A stretch of 64,000 nucleotides of DNA. Source: Eledone cirrhosa (lineage: Eukaryota). Location of the stretch: contig OZ024740.1 in assembly GCA_964016885.1 (NCBI GenBank), positions 74,276,001 to 74,340,000 of the forward strand. The letters run 5' to 3'. Below the pieces are notes generated by a model. That model was given only the letters and a program-made list of their open reading frames with translations. It searched no databases and had not been told where the DNA came from. Shown here one piece after another: positions 16,690 to 30,029 of this stretch. Both the position numbers and the translations under genes were made by a program. How positions within the stretch are numbered: the first letter of the stretch is position 1; every line of letters begins with the position of its first letter.

Positions 16690-17382
16690 GATTGCATGAG
16701 AACTTGATTGAAGCAACCATTATATTCTGGGCTTACAAATGTCAAGCTCTTCTCATTCCGAGGATTCCACTTATACCAAGTGATAGCGAGTTGCCTTTTA
16801 CATTTAAGAGGCTGCAGTTCCCAGTGAGGCCATGTTTGCCATGAGCATCAATAAGAGTCAAGGTCAAACTTTCAAAACTATTGGTATAGATCTGACAAAC
16901 CCATGTTTCAGTCATGGCATGTTTTATGTGGCTGTTTCAAGGACTGGAACTTCAAAAAATCTATACATTTTAGCCAAACAAAGAAAGACAAGAAATGTTG
17001 TTTACCCTGAAGTTCTTCATTAAGGACAAAGTATGAAATATATTTTCATGTATTTATTATGTTAAAAAATAAATAATTAAACTTTGAATTTCTAATTTGA
17101 AAATAATGCTTACACAAAAATGAAATGATCAATGAAATGAATTGATATTTTGAAAAAAATGATTTACAAGAAACAAAATAAGAATAAGATTTAATAATGT
17201 AATTTTGATTTGATATATTACAAAAAATGATGTTTACCAATTTTTCATGCATTACATTTTACATTGAGTAATATTGAAATGCAGAGTTTTTCTCAATAAA
17301 TTATATCACTGATTTAAAATGAATCATCATTTTCTTACAAAAGAATTGTGAGAAACACAGCAAGGAGCGGGTAATTCAGCTG
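16690..17382 (+). mobile_element. Helitron 3' fragment (PIF1-family helicase C-terminus)
   Basis: Reads LIPRIPLIPSDSELPFTFKRLQFPVR, then a frameshift, then FAMSINKSQGQT...CFSHGMFYVAVSR...TRNVVYPEVL*. An AT-rich tail ends in gcaaggagcgggtaattcagctga, resembling a Helitron 3' end with degenerate CTAG. Confidence 0.88.
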
Positions 17383-17666
17383 ATACATGTATATCATCAT
17401 CATCTTCTATATACATACATATATATACACATATATAAATGCATATATATACACATATATATACACATATATATACACATATATAAATGCATATATATAC
17501 ACATATATATACACATATATAAATGCATATATATACACATATATATACACATATATATACACATATATATACATATATATATACATATATATACATATAT
17601 ATATACATATATATACATATATATATACATATATATACATACATACATATATATATACATACATAC

Positions 17667-17697
<31 letters not shown>

Positions 17698-17726
17698 CAT
17701 ACATACATATACATACATACATATAT

Positions 17727-17761
<35 letters not shown>

Positions 17762-17884
17762 CATACATATATATATATATATACATACATATATACATAC
17801 ATACATATATATACATACATATACATACACATATGCATATATACATACTTATACATATATACATACATATACATACATATACAT

Positions 17885-17927
<43 letters not shown>

Positions 17928-18019
17928 ATAATTGTAATAAACGAAAGGTATATACAGAGTGCCCATAAAGTCTCTTTATGGACACCACACTTAGGATTTT
18001 ATCTATGTATGTATGTTAA

Positions 18020-18752
18020 ACGAAAATGACCGCCACATAAACTAAAAAAGAGGTATAAGGATTCCTTGAAAGCCTCTTTGAAAGACGCTAACATCTCTGC
18101 TGATACATGGGAAAATGTTGCTGCTGATCGTAATAAATGGAGAAAGACTGTATATGAGGGAAAAGTTGCCTTTGAGGCATCTCGAATCGCATACGAGAAA
18201 GTAAAGCGGGATGTGAGGAAGGGCATTGCTATTGCACTTCCAGACGGTGAAGGTCCTCCTATGGTTCTGACATGCAGCGTCTGTGCGAGACTCTGCCTAA
18301 GCAAAGCTGGACTCGAAAGTCATCTTCGCAGTCATAAAGTAAGACCAGTGGTTGATTACCAAGCTGCTGTTGGAGATGCTACTCATCATGCTTGCCAAAC
18401 ATGTGGTAGAGAATGTAAATCAGCAGGAGGGCACAAACAACATGCACAAGTACACAAACTCCAACCACAGCCGGCTATTCCCAGTGAATGTTTTGGTTGC
18501 CGACTCTGTGCAAGACATTTTAGATCATTAGTTGGACTAAAAAGCCACATTCGATCGCAGCGCTGTTAATTGCTATCGTGTGTGTATAGATATGTTTATG
18601 TGTTTGCGTGTGTGTATATATATGTATATTATTATTGTTGTTGTTGTCGTTATTATTATTGATATGATTATTTTTATTATTATTATTGTTATTATTATGT
18701 TGTTTTTTTTCTCGTGCAATGGCCATACTCGATAACGAGGGGCCAGCCATCA
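18020..18752 (+). mobile_element. RTE-type LINE 3' end (family C) with C-terminal C2H2 zinc fingers
   Basis: KRYKDSLKASLK...WENVAADRNKWRKTV is an RTE C-terminus. It is followed by three C-x2-C-x12-H-x3-H-like motifs, the last degenerate. Confidence 0.8.
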
Positions 18753-18766
18753 TGTATGTATGTATA

Positions 18767-19158
18767 CATCATCATCATCATCATTTTACGTCCTCTTTTC
18801 CCTGCTTACAAGGGTGGGACGGGAACTGATTCTGGCTTGATTTCTACAGCTGGATGCCCTTCCTAACACCAACCTCATTTACAGTGAGTGCTGGGTGCTT
18901 TTTTTTCCGTGGCGCCTACACGTCCACTTTACAGTGAGTACTGGGTGCTTTTTTTTGCCGTGGCACCTCCACGACCACTTTGCAGTGGAATGATAGGGAC
19001 CCCAGTCCCTATCATCTCATTTCTACAGCTGAGTAAACTGGAGCAATGTAAAATAAAGTGTCTTGTTCAAGGAAACAACACATCACCCAGTCTGAGAATT
19101 GAACTCACAACCTTTTGATTGCAAGGCCAATGCTCTAACCACTAAGCCATGTGCCTCC
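18767..19158 (-). mobile_element. tRNA-derived CORE-type SINE with RTE-derived tail
   Basis: Minus strand has A box tggcttagtgg, B box gttcaattc, a CORE-like ccttgaacaagacactt...cagtttactcagctgtagaaatgag, and an RTE tail ending (gat)n. Confidence 0.85.
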
Positions 19159-19161
19159 ATC

Positions 19162-19203
<42 letters not shown>

Positions 19204-20375
19204 ATGCATGTGTGCGTGTGTGTGCATATACTATTCCAAAATATCAATGCCATTATTCAAGAACTATGATAAGTCCAATAGTCTATGAAACTGGAAAACA
19301 AAATTAAAAAAAGGGTCAAATAGTTAAATTAATAATTTTTATAGGGTAAGCAATGTTTACTCTCCTCCTCAGGAAAACACACCACTAATATTTATGAGTG
19401 TTTCAATATGTATATAGGTATATGTAGATATATGAACTGATATATAAGTAGGCAACAAAACTTATTGTAATGCGTATATTTGGTTAAGTCTGCCTGAACA
19501 AAGGAACGTCTAAGAGTGCTAAATGCTAACAGAATGAGTGCTGGCACAAATAAATACAAACGCAAATTCTTATTCTAATGTTTCTGGTCAACTTTTGTAA
19601 ATGTTACAAGTTGTTGAGGTAATAAACTACGAACTAAATAAATAAAATAATTATAGGAAGATTATACATTTACAGAGGAAGGAATAGATTTTAAGTAGTG
19701 GGAAGTGTTTGAGAAGTGGGAGAAAGAGAGAGAGAGAGAGGAAGAGCAAATATCACAGATAAATGAATGATGTGCAGGAGGAGAAAAAGAATAATAATTG
19801 ATAGTTTACCCAAAGAAAGAGGAGGGACAGAAGACATAGAGGAGGGAATTACATGATTGGCACTTTTTCTATCAGTGTTATGAGGCTAGCTTGGAAATTG
19901 ATGCTGTTACTGCTGCTGCCACTGTAGCTATAATGATTATTGCTCAAAAGAACTTATTTGTCATCTTACAAGTAGTTACAAGAGGTGGGGACAAATGAAC
20001 AGAAAACAAAATATATTTTTTCATGTCTGCAAGAGTTATAGCCAAGCAATGGAGGGGGCGGATAGATTAGAAGAATTAATCCATAATGGAGGCGTTTGAT
20101 GTTAGAGATGTATATATATATGAGCAGTGTTGGAACCTTCATTAAAGGTTCCTATGTAATCCAGTACAAAAGAGGAAAGTTGCTGCAACATTGCAACAGA
20201 CATAGAAGCAGAAAAGTAACAATTTCAGCAGTTTGTACTTAGCATTTCTCCACCTTCAATCAGTAAGTTAACTTTTATATATTATTGAATTCAACTTCAG
20301 TTAAAACAAAATATTTTCTCCTCAAAATTCGCATTTTTACATTAGAGTGCTGCCAGGCTGATATAATCAAAAAGG

Positions 20376-20425
<50 letters not shown>

Positions 20426-20472
20426 GATATATTAACAAATGGAAACTATATTTATAAAAGCATATTTATTTC

Positions 20473-20528
20473 ATTATACATGTTTCAAGGACACCAAGTT
20501 AAATGATGGTGCGCTTTCATCAGATAAA
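20473..20528 (-). ncRNA. Type I hammerhead motif (intact core, weak stem I)
   Basis: Minus strand reads CTGATGA-aag-c-gcacca...tggtgt-c-ctt-GAAA-catg-TA. Stem III acatgt is palindromic. Confidence 0.55.
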
Positions 20529-21182
20529 ATATAATATAGATCAGTTTTATAAATAAATATTGACATACCCTTAAAGAATGCGACCATTTCTGTTGGAAGC
20601 TCACGGATAGTGGGGTTATTAAATTTATTTAGTCTATTATGCAAATTAGTGTCGGATATGTTAAAATCACAGTGGATTTAAAATAAGCCGTTGAAGTATG
20701 GAAAAAAAAAATAAGCCGTTGAAGTATGGAAAAAAAGGGAAAGAAAAAGAGAAAAAGAGAAAAAAGAGAAAAAAGAGCAAACTCTAAGAGGAAAATAAGA
20801 AAACAAGAGAAAGAGAAAGAGAAGAAAAAAAGGAAAGAGAAAGAGAAAGCCCTAAGTGATAGGTTGTTGTATTAGCGTAACTTTTAAGATGAAGTGAAAA
20901 AATAAATATTTATTGGATGAGTTAGGAAGAGTAAATAAGCGTGAATAGAAAATAAATAATAATAATAACTGGAGAATTTTATCCGGTGTTTAAATATGAT
21001 TAAATGTTTAGTTTATCAATTAAATTATCAATTAAATTATTGAGATCTATATATTATTAAAATCTATATAATATTAAAACTATATATTATTAAAAATCTA
21101 TATATTATTAAAAGAATATATTCATATATATACACACACATATATATACATATACACATACACATACATATATATACATACA

Positions 21183-21525
21183 GGCACATGGCTTAATGGT
21201 TAGAGCATTGGCTTTGCAATCAAAAGGTTGTGAGTTCAATTCTCAGACCGGGCGATGTGTTGTTTCCTTGAGCAAGACACTTTATTTCACATTGCTCCAG
21301 TTTACTCAGCTGTAAAAATGAGATGATAGGGACTGGTGTCCCTATCATTCCACTGTAAAGTGGTCGTGGAGGTGCCACGGCAAAAAAGCACCCAGCACTC
21401 ACTGTAAATGAGGTTGGTGTTAGGAAGGGCATCCAGCTGTAGAAATCAAGCCAGAATCAGTTCCCGTCTCACCCTTGCAAGCAGGGAAAAGCGGACGTAA
21501 AATGAAATGATGATGATGATGATGA
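21183..21525 (+). mobile_element. tRNA-derived CORE-type SINE
   Basis: A box tggcttaatgg, B box gttcaattc, CORE-like ccttgagcaagacacttt...cagtttactcagctgtaaaaatgag, RTE-like tail and (gat)n. Confidence 0.88.
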
Positions 21526-21727
21526 ATAAAGGATTTTTTATGTTTAAGATATAGGAATTTTTCTAAACATACTGAGAGTTAAATTCATTTTTATACTGAA
21601 TTTTTAGACATATTCTTATTTTTAAAATCGTATTTTTACTCCAATAATTTGTTGAGTGCTTTATATCAGTTATAAAAATATTTGCTTGTTGTATCCCAAC
21701 AATTTAAATAGAACTTCTACATATATA

Positions 21728-22063
21728 TCATTTCATTTCATTTTACGTCCGCTTTTCCCTGCTTGCAAGGGTGGGACAGGAACTGATTCTGGCTTGATTT
21801 CTACAGCTGGATGCCCTTCCTAACACCAACCTCATTTACAGTGAGTGCTGGGTGCTTTTTTGCCGTGGCACCTCCACGACCACTTTGCAGTGGAATGATA
21901 TGGACCCCAGTCCCTATCATCTCATTTCTACAGCTGAGTAAACTGAAGCAATGTGAAATAAAGTGTCTTGCTCAAGGAAACAACACATCACCCAGTCTGA
22001 GAATTGAACTCACAACCTTTCGATTGCAAGGCCAATGCTCTAACCACGAAGCCATGTGTCTCC
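21728..22063 (-). mobile_element. tRNA-derived CORE-type SINE, inverted relative to the 21183 copy
   Basis: Reverse complement of 21183-21510. Confidence 0.88.
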
Positions 22064-22445
22064 ATATATATATAATTGCATGGATGTATGTGTGTGTGTG
22101 TGAAAGAGAGAGTGTGTGTGTGTGTGTGTGTGTAGGGGGGGGGATTCGTTTTTGTATCTGTTTTGCAAGATTTCTTATGTGAAAACATGTGTTGATATTG
22201 TTATACTTTGGGAGAGTCATGCTGCTAATAAAAACACATGCACCTGTTGGTTTTTACTTCAATTTATTACAAATTTCCAGCTGGTTGTTTTAATAACCGG
22301 ATGGTTGTTTGTTTATAGAAAAGGTTAATATATTTGAAGTAGTGAGCAAAGAGCATGAAATTTGTGAGAAAATACAAAAAAGTGAGTGTCAAGAAGTTAT
22401 TACATATGGAAGTTGTAGTCTAGTATTTACATGCGAATATTTACC

Positions 22446-22980
22446 TAAGTGGCCAAATGGTTAAGAAGTTCACTTCACAATCATAAGGCCATGGTTTTAA
22501 TTTCATCATGTGACATCTTGAGCAAATGTTATTTAACATAGCCTTGTAAAAGAAACTGGGTAGACAGAAACAGTTTGAAAACTTGTTGGATGGATTGTGC
22601 CTCTAATTCAAAGGGCCTGCTTTTTCACACAATGTATCATGCTAAATCAACTTCAGTTAACCCTTTAGTTACCAATCCAGTCAAAACTGGCTCTGTTTCT
22701 ATGAAATAAAACCACCCATTTTAAAGGTTTCCATTTTTTTTTATTTAAATTTAAATCTCCCAACATAATTTTTTTATAAGAACTTTACATTAAGTTAGTA
22801 TCTTAGTAATCAATAATTTTAGTAAGCCCCTCAAAATTATTTCCTGAATTAATTAAAATAGAGTGCATTTCATTAGAAATGCAGCCATTAAACAGCACAG
22901 ATGTCTGTGGAATACTCAGCCACATACATGTTAATTTCGCGAGAAGGCTTTTCAATAGACACAACTGGAACAGTCCCATT
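22446..22980 (+). mobile_element. Old degenerate tRNA/CORE SINE of a second family, apparently interrupted at TTAA by a MITE-like insert
   Basis: tggccaaatggttaag (A-box-like) and tcttgagcaaatgt (CORE-like). ttaa|ccctttag at 22657 resembles a piggyBac-type end. Confidence 0.4.
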
Positions 22981-23260
22981 CATTTACATAGATGACAAAT
23001 ATAATTGTTTAAAATATTTAATGAAAATCTAATTTCAGTAATTTTGTTAGATAAAAATTTGGATGGTAATAATTCATTTTTTATTTTATATCACAATTAG
23101 TGGAAGATATTGTTTTTGTTACAAGCTTTTAATAAGCCAAGCAGAGATTCACTGTATATCTAAGAGTAACTGGAGTTTAGCAACAAAACGTCACTCAAGC
23201 GGTATCCAGACATGCACACACACACACACATATACATTTATATATATACACACACACACA

Positions 23261-23377
23261 CAAGTAAAATTCGGTTATAACGAATTTTTCAGTATAACAA
23301 AATTTTTTTCGAACCCCGATGTAATAACAAACACTCACTTTGTTTCGGTCTATCTCGTTATAACGGAATTTCACTGT
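23261..23377. mobile_element. Tigger/pogo-like MITE (~117 bp)
   Basis: Imperfect TIRs caagtaaaattcggttataacga / tcgttataacggaatttcactg, followed by TA. Confidence 0.6.
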
Positions 23378-23473
23378 ATATATATACATATATGTGCATA
23401 TATACATATATATGCACATATACACATATATACGTATATATACATGCATATATACACATATACATACATATAT

Positions 23474-24025
23474 CATCATCATCACTGTTTTATGCCCATT
23501 CTTCCACGCTAGCATGGGTTAAATGGGTTGTCCTGTTGTGGGCAGTGTCCGGTCGGATGACCTTGTCTTGCTCATACGGGAACTGATTCTGGCTTGATTT
23601 CTACAGCTGGATGCCCTTCCTAACACCAACCTCATTTACAGTGACTGCTGGGTGCTTTTTTCCAAGGCGTTAACACGTCCACTTTACAGTGAGTGCTGGG
23701 TGCTTTTTTGCCTTGACACCTCCACGACCACTTTGGAGAGGGGTGGGGCATATTGTCTATATGCTTCAGCTTCGGCTTGTACCCGTGGGAAGTCGGGTCT
23801 TCTGTATTACTGCATGACGCCAGAGGTCACGGTCGTGTGTCATCGCCTTTGAGAGGTGCAATTGGGTATGGTCGGCTTTTATCACTTCATCACAGATCTT
23901 TTTGGGTCTCGCCACTCCGCGGCTTCCATCAACTTCTAGTGCTCTGCACCTTTTTATGCAGCTGTCATCCTTCATACGCATCTCATGTTCCATACCAATG
24001 CAACCGCCTCTCCTGCACACAGCAT
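23474..24025 (-). mobile_element. RTE family B 3' fragment
   Basis: [19 protein letters not shown]...DRDLWRHAV plus a 3' UTR matching 56526-57075. Confidence 0.88.
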
Positions 24026-24528
24026 TATATATATATATATACAAACCCATGCAAGCGTGGAAGATGGACGTTAAACGATGATGATGATGATGATATACAT
24101 GGCAGGGTGGAAAAATGGACGTTAAATGGGGATGATGATGCACACAGACACATCATCATCATCATTTTACGACCACTTTTCCCTGCTTGCAAGGGTAGGA
24201 CGGGTCCTATTCAGCACATCATCTCTCCACTTGTCATATTCCTTCGTCACACACACACACATATATATATACACATATATACACATAGTTACATATATAT
24301 ACGAATATACATATATAAAGATATATACATATATTTACACATATATATATACACATATACATATATATGCACATATGCATATATATACATATATACACAC
24401 ATATATACATACATATATACACATATACATACATATATACACACATATATATATACATATATACACATATACATACATATATATACGCATATATACACAT
24501 ATACATACATATATATACGCATATATAT

Positions 24529-24596
<68 letters not shown>

Positions 24597-24604
24597 TTAC
24601 ATAT

Positions 24605-24920
24605 AAATTCCGACCTCACGCACTTACATCTCTCTAAGACAATGTCTCTGGACCGAGATCTTCGGCGCTACGCAGTAATACAGAAGACTCGCCTTGCCTA
24701 TGTACGAAGCGAAAGTAGGCAAATACACACCAAATATACACCCCAACCACTACCCCTACCCTATCCTCCCACCCCCACCAACAGCACGAGAAAATGAGAT
24801 CGAGATCGTGTAGGTGTCACAACAAAAAAACACACAGCCCACGCTGTAATGTGGCCATGTAGGTAACACGGTAAAAAATTCCCAGTTCCACACTGTAAAT
24901 GTGGTTGGTGTTAGGAAGGG
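24605..24920 (+). mobile_element. RTE 3' fragment (family A-like)
   Basis: [19 protein letters not shown] plus a partial 3' UTR. Confidence 0.8.
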
Positions 24921-25071
24921 CACACACATATATATACATATATACACATATTTATATACATATACATACACATATACATATATACATATATATATATATA
25001 TACATATATATATACATATATATATACATATATATATATATACATATATATATACATATATATATATATAC

Positions 25072-25146
<75 letters not shown>

Positions 25147-25147
25147 C

Positions 25148-25202
<55 letters not shown>

Positions 25203-25312
25203 TATATACATATATACACATATACACATATACACATATACATATATACACATATACTTATATACGCATATACATATATACACATATATGTGTATATATA
25301 TATGTGTATATA

Positions 25313-25411
<99 letters not shown>

Positions 25412-25453
25412 GTGTGTGTATATATATATATATATGTGTGTATATATATATAT

Positions 25454-26411
25454 ATCTGGGTGACAAAATCAGCAGTGGTGGAGGGTGCTCTGAAAGTACA
25501 GTAGCTAGAGTCAGAACTGGATGGAAAAAGTTCAGAGAGCTTATACCACTATTAGCCGCTAAAGGGTTCTCCCTAAAAATGAAAGGCAGGTTGTATGATG
25601 CCTGCATACGGACAGCAATGTTGCATGGCAGTGAGACCTGGGCATTGTGTGCAGAGGATATACGCAGACTAGAGAGGAATGAAGCTTGCATGCTCCGCTG
25701 GATGTGTAATAGTAATATACGTGAACGGCAAAGCATAAACGAACTAAGGAAAAAATTAGAAATAAGAGGGATCAGATGTTGTTTACTCGAGAGAAGGCTA
25801 CGTTGGTATGGACACGTGATGCGCATGAAAGTCGATAGCTGTATAACAAAGTGCAGGGCAATAAAGATAGACGGTAGCCACGGAATAGGCAGACCTAGAA
25901 AAACCTGGGACGAGCTGATAAACTCCGACCTCACACACTTACACCTCTCCAAGACAATGTCACTGGACCGAGACCTTTGGCGGTACTCAGTAATAGAGAA
26001 GACCCGCCTTACCTAAATACATAGAAAAACCTACTACAGTCAGTAGGCATCTCTAACAAAATACACCCCCGTCCCACCACCCCCACCCCATCCACACCGC
26101 CCCCTTCTATGTAAAGTTATGTTGGTGCCACACCATCCAGGCCAAAACAAATGAGATCGTGTAGGTGTCACGACAAAAAAACACACAGTCCACGCTGTAA
26201 ATGTGGCCGTGTAGGCAACACGGTAAAAACCTCCCAGACCCACACTGTAAATGTGGTTGGTGTTAGGAAGGGCATCCAACTGTAGAAAACCTGCCAGACA
26301 GTCCTATGCGAGCAAGACAATCACTCTTGCCTCAAGTGGGAAAACCCCCGTCCAAACCCATGCAAGCGTGGAACACAGACGTTAAACGTTGATGATGATG
26401 ATGATGATGAT
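25454..26411 (+). mobile_element. RTE family A 3' fragment
   Basis: Open frame [11 protein letters not shown]...MLHGSETW...[10 protein letters not shown]...GRPRKTW, then the 3' UTR and a (gat)n tail. Confidence 0.92.
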
Positions 26412-26448
26412 ATATGTATATATATATATATAGATATAGATATCATCA

Positions 26449-26706
26449 AGCCTGAAACAAATGAGGTCGTGTAGGTGTCACGACAAAAAACACACAGTCC
26501 ACGCTGTAATGTGGCCGTGTAGGTAACACGGTAAAAACCTCCCAGTTCCACACTGTAAATGTGGTTGGTGTTAGGAAGGGCATCCAGCCGTAGAAAACTT
26601 GCCAGACAGTCCTATGCGAGCACGACAACCAATCTTGCCTTTAGTGGGAAAACACCCGTCCAAACCCATGCAGGCGTGGAATATGGACGTTAAACGATGA
26701 TGATGA

Positions 26707-26710
<4 letters not shown>
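26449..26710 (+). mobile_element. RTE family A 3' UTR copy followed by (GA)n
   Basis: Matches the family A 3' UTR; (ag)n runs 26711-26760. Confidence 0.85.
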
Positions 26711-26764
<54 letters not shown>

Positions 26765-27609
26765 GCTTCTACAGTTATAAGGTATGACATTATCCTGCAC
26801 TGTTTGATTAATTATGCCTGATGATGTAGCTGTCTTCTCTATCTTCATATCCTTAATTATTTTGACTATCACACTGCTGTTAAATTTTATGGATGGTCCC
26901 TCAGTTAGGTTTATATGGCATAGATTCTTATTCCCAAATGTATTCTATTCATTCATCAATCTCTCATAATAGGACTTCCATGTCTCTTTCTTTTTGGCAT
27001 CAGTCAAAGCATCAACTCCACTATCATTTCAGTCAAACTTTTCTCCAACTATGTCATAGTTTTCCCTGGAACACTGTCTCGCAATCCGGAACACTTCATA
27101 CCTCTGTTCCTCGCTTCTTACTAAATATATGTGGTGCCTAGGCTCTCTTTTATCTATTAAGTATTGCTCTCTTTCCTCCTTTCTTTCAGTTTTTCCAGGC
27201 GTGTCTCTTTGCTTTTATGGACCTACCCAATTATTCCAAGATTGTTATGTAGAAATCCTCAATTTTCATATATATTATTGGTACCTATCCCCTCTTCCTT
27301 ACTGTCATAGATGTCAAGTAGGATTTCCCTTAATCTGTTGCTAGCTGAAGGTTCCCCCAGTTTCCTTGTCTTCCTACTCTAAATTCTTTTCTCTGCATCT
27401 GTTTAGCCCTAACTCTAAGGTCACTGACAACTAATTTATGTTGAGGTGTAATTTCTTTGCAAAGGATAGACTTAGCATTTATGACAATTTTTCTAACCCA
27501 TTTCCTTGGAAATTTGATTTCTGTGACCTCCTGATAGATAGTAAGGCTGTACTTCCACTAGGTTGTTTTTTTTTAATGATCCGGAAGCACTTCCCACTGT
27601 AGCACTCCT

Positions 27610-28120
27610 ATCATAAGATCTTAAATAAAAATATGGTGAAGCTGTCATACTCAATAACACCAAATATTGCACAGAACATTGCTGCATCTAACAAGTGTAA
27701 GCTGATCAGGCACAAACCAACTGATCTCACTAACTTGACTACAGTACTAAACTGTAACTGCTACCCATTAGACTCTCAGCGCCTCACTAAGAATGTAGTG
27801 TACAAGTGCAAAGTCACAATCAACACAGAAAAAGGCATTATCGCAAACAACTTTAAATCTCACCTCAAACAACCAAATGATTTGTTCAGGCACCAGGAAA
27901 AGAAGCATGCAACAAACCTCTCCAGCTACTTGTGGGGCTTACATGATAAAGGGGCATGATTCCATCTAAGATGGAGCATTATCCCCAAGGCCTAACCATA
28001 CACAGGAGGAGGAGGAGGCCTGTGCATATTGTGCTCGGCTGAAACAACATGCATCTTGTTTGAAAACAGTCAAACAATGCATGACCCTGGAGGATAAAAA
28101 AATACATTTACTGGGGCTAC
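27610..28120 (+). mobile_element. Degenerate Penelope-like element (GIY-YIG region)
   Basis: VKLSYS.TPNI...CNC..PL...LTKNVVYKCKV...LSSYLW.L, followed by a C..C motif. Confidence 0.8.
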
Positions 28121-28297
28121 AAACTATACAATACCCAATCTAGTTTGATAGTCAATACCTGGACAAGGCAATGCCCTATACAACCCCTCTATCTATATAC
28201 CTTCCCTCTTGATCTAATATTCCTGTGTATATTCCTCTCATTTATATACATGTGTGAGCATATGCATGTTTATATTTATATTTATGTATGTATATAT

Positions 28298-28388
28298 AGG
28301 GTCCAAGAGGCGATTAGGAAAATGAAAAATGGTAAGGCTGCCGGACCATCGGGAATAGTTGCTGAGATGCTGAAGGCATCAGGGGACA
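28298..28388 (+). mobile_element. 90-bp internal RTE ORF2 fragment
   Basis: VQEAIRKMKNGKAAGPSGIVAEMLKASG; compare VSKAIRDMKIGKATGPSGIAAEMLKASG in the family B ORF. Confidence 0.75.
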
Positions 28389-28460
28389 CCAAAATCAGTG
28401 ACAGGTCTCGATTCACTCGCGAGATACATCACAGCTACACTATATATTTAAACATATATA

Positions 28461-28520
28461 CAGTGATACCTCGCTACTTGGCGGTTCAACTATCGCGGAT
28501 TCACGATTTTGCGCATTTTT
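28461..28520 (+). mobile_element. Tigger/pogo-like terminal inverted repeat remnant
   Basis: ta|cagtgatacctcgctacttggcggttcaactatcgcggattcacg is a typical pogo-family end; the partner TIR was not found. Confidence 0.45.
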
Positions 28521-28716
28521 AGAATATATATATGAACACCTAAAATTTTTCATTAAATCCATTAAAATATTAATAATAAACACAGTTCTAATCATACGCT
28601 ATATATATATATATATATATATAAATATAAGTAATTAATACCGTATAAATGGTACAAAGACTGTTTATGTAAAATGTATTTCTCAACAGAGTATTGAATA
28701 CTTAGGAGAAATTCAA

Positions 28717-28910
28717 AACGAAGAGTGATAAAATTTCAAGCAAAGAGTTTAATTAGGTAATGACTTACAAATTTGTTTCAGTATATAGACAAAGCCTGAA
28801 GCGCTAATTATAATAATTAGTTAATAATATTATATTAAAGATATACTGAAACAAATTTGTAAGTCATTACCTAATTAAACTCTTTGCTTGAAATGTTATC
28901 ATTCTTCGTT
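28717..28910. repeat. ~70-bp inverted repeat around a degenerate hammerhead-like hairpin
   Basis: 28717-28786 is the reverse complement of 28841-28910. The spacer has cctgaagc-gctaatta-ta-taattagt. Confidence 0.8.
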
Positions 28911-30029
28911 GAGAGAGAGAGAGAGAGAGAGAGATTTATCTAGTCCTTCGCTCAAGATTAATCTATAAGTTTAGATGTCTGCCTTCGTTTAAGTAAATAT
29001 TACAGTAAGATTTTTAATATAAACAACTACAAAAAACAATTAATATTAAAACGAAAAAATTATCAATGATAAAAGAAGCGGATGCAACTTTTTTTTTTAT
29101 AAAGTTATATTCCTGTTTCTTTAAAGAACATTTCATTTTTGTTCTATTGTAGGCGAAATAATGCAATGGTTTAATAGGGAAGATATAACTTACCAATTAT
29201 GTCTCTAACCGTGTAACGCTTTTTAAGTAGATAACTACAATTGAAAATACTAAAGAAATGCAACCAACAATTCAATTTGAAAGTCGTCTACTTATAGTGA
29301 CAGTGTATTACTGGTACTTTATTTTATCAACCCCGTAACGATGAAAGGCAAAAATGCAAATGTTTAAAATTTAAATTGCCTTAATTCTATCGTCTGCTGT
29401 TTCATTAAAGGGAGATTCTCGTCTGTATTTAATTCTATCGTCTACTGTTCCACTAAACAGATATACCTCCACTATCGTCTCTATTTATACATTTTAACTT
29501 ATAACTTATACACATTTGATTTGAAATATTTTATCTAGTCCCCCCTCTCAATATTATGATGATTTCTTTCGAATGAAACAGTTCTAGTCCTGTAGAAGCC
29601 ATTTATATATATAATTGAACTGAGTTAAAAATTCACAATATTTATAATTAAATAAGCTCATATATATATGTGTGTATTTATCTGTTTATTGTATTATATA
29701 TAATGTGTGTATATACAGGATGTCCCCCAAAAATATATACACACTTCAACAGCATTCTAATAACTATTGCTTGTACAGGTAATCAAAGTGTCAATCGAAT
29801 GTTAGTTTCGTGTTTTAACAGTACAAATTTACAATACACACATAAAACCAGTGTATATACATACATGAGTGTGTATACACATACATGAATGTGTATATAC
29901 AATATATATGTATATATATATATAGACACATATATTCACGGTGCAACGGAACATTAAAATATAGATGCGGGAGGGGGGTGTATATATAGGGGCGCTGGGA
30001 TAAAGGAGTGTAAAGCGTGTGTAATTGAT

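Noticed and set aside
17953-17980. ta|cagagtgcccataaagtc, and ta|caggatgtcccccaaaa at 29716, resembling mariner/Tc1 TIR starts
   Set aside because: No partner TIR or transposase is present; these are only isolated short matches.
19480-20270. Unique-looking sequence with a possible splice donor (cagtaagt at ~20260)
   Set aside because: No convincing open exon or recognisable protein motif; cannot be supported without RNA-seq.
21183-21255. tRNA-like sequence with A and B boxes
   Set aside because: It is a SINE head fused to the CORE and RTE tail, with no complete acceptor stem. It is not a tRNA gene.
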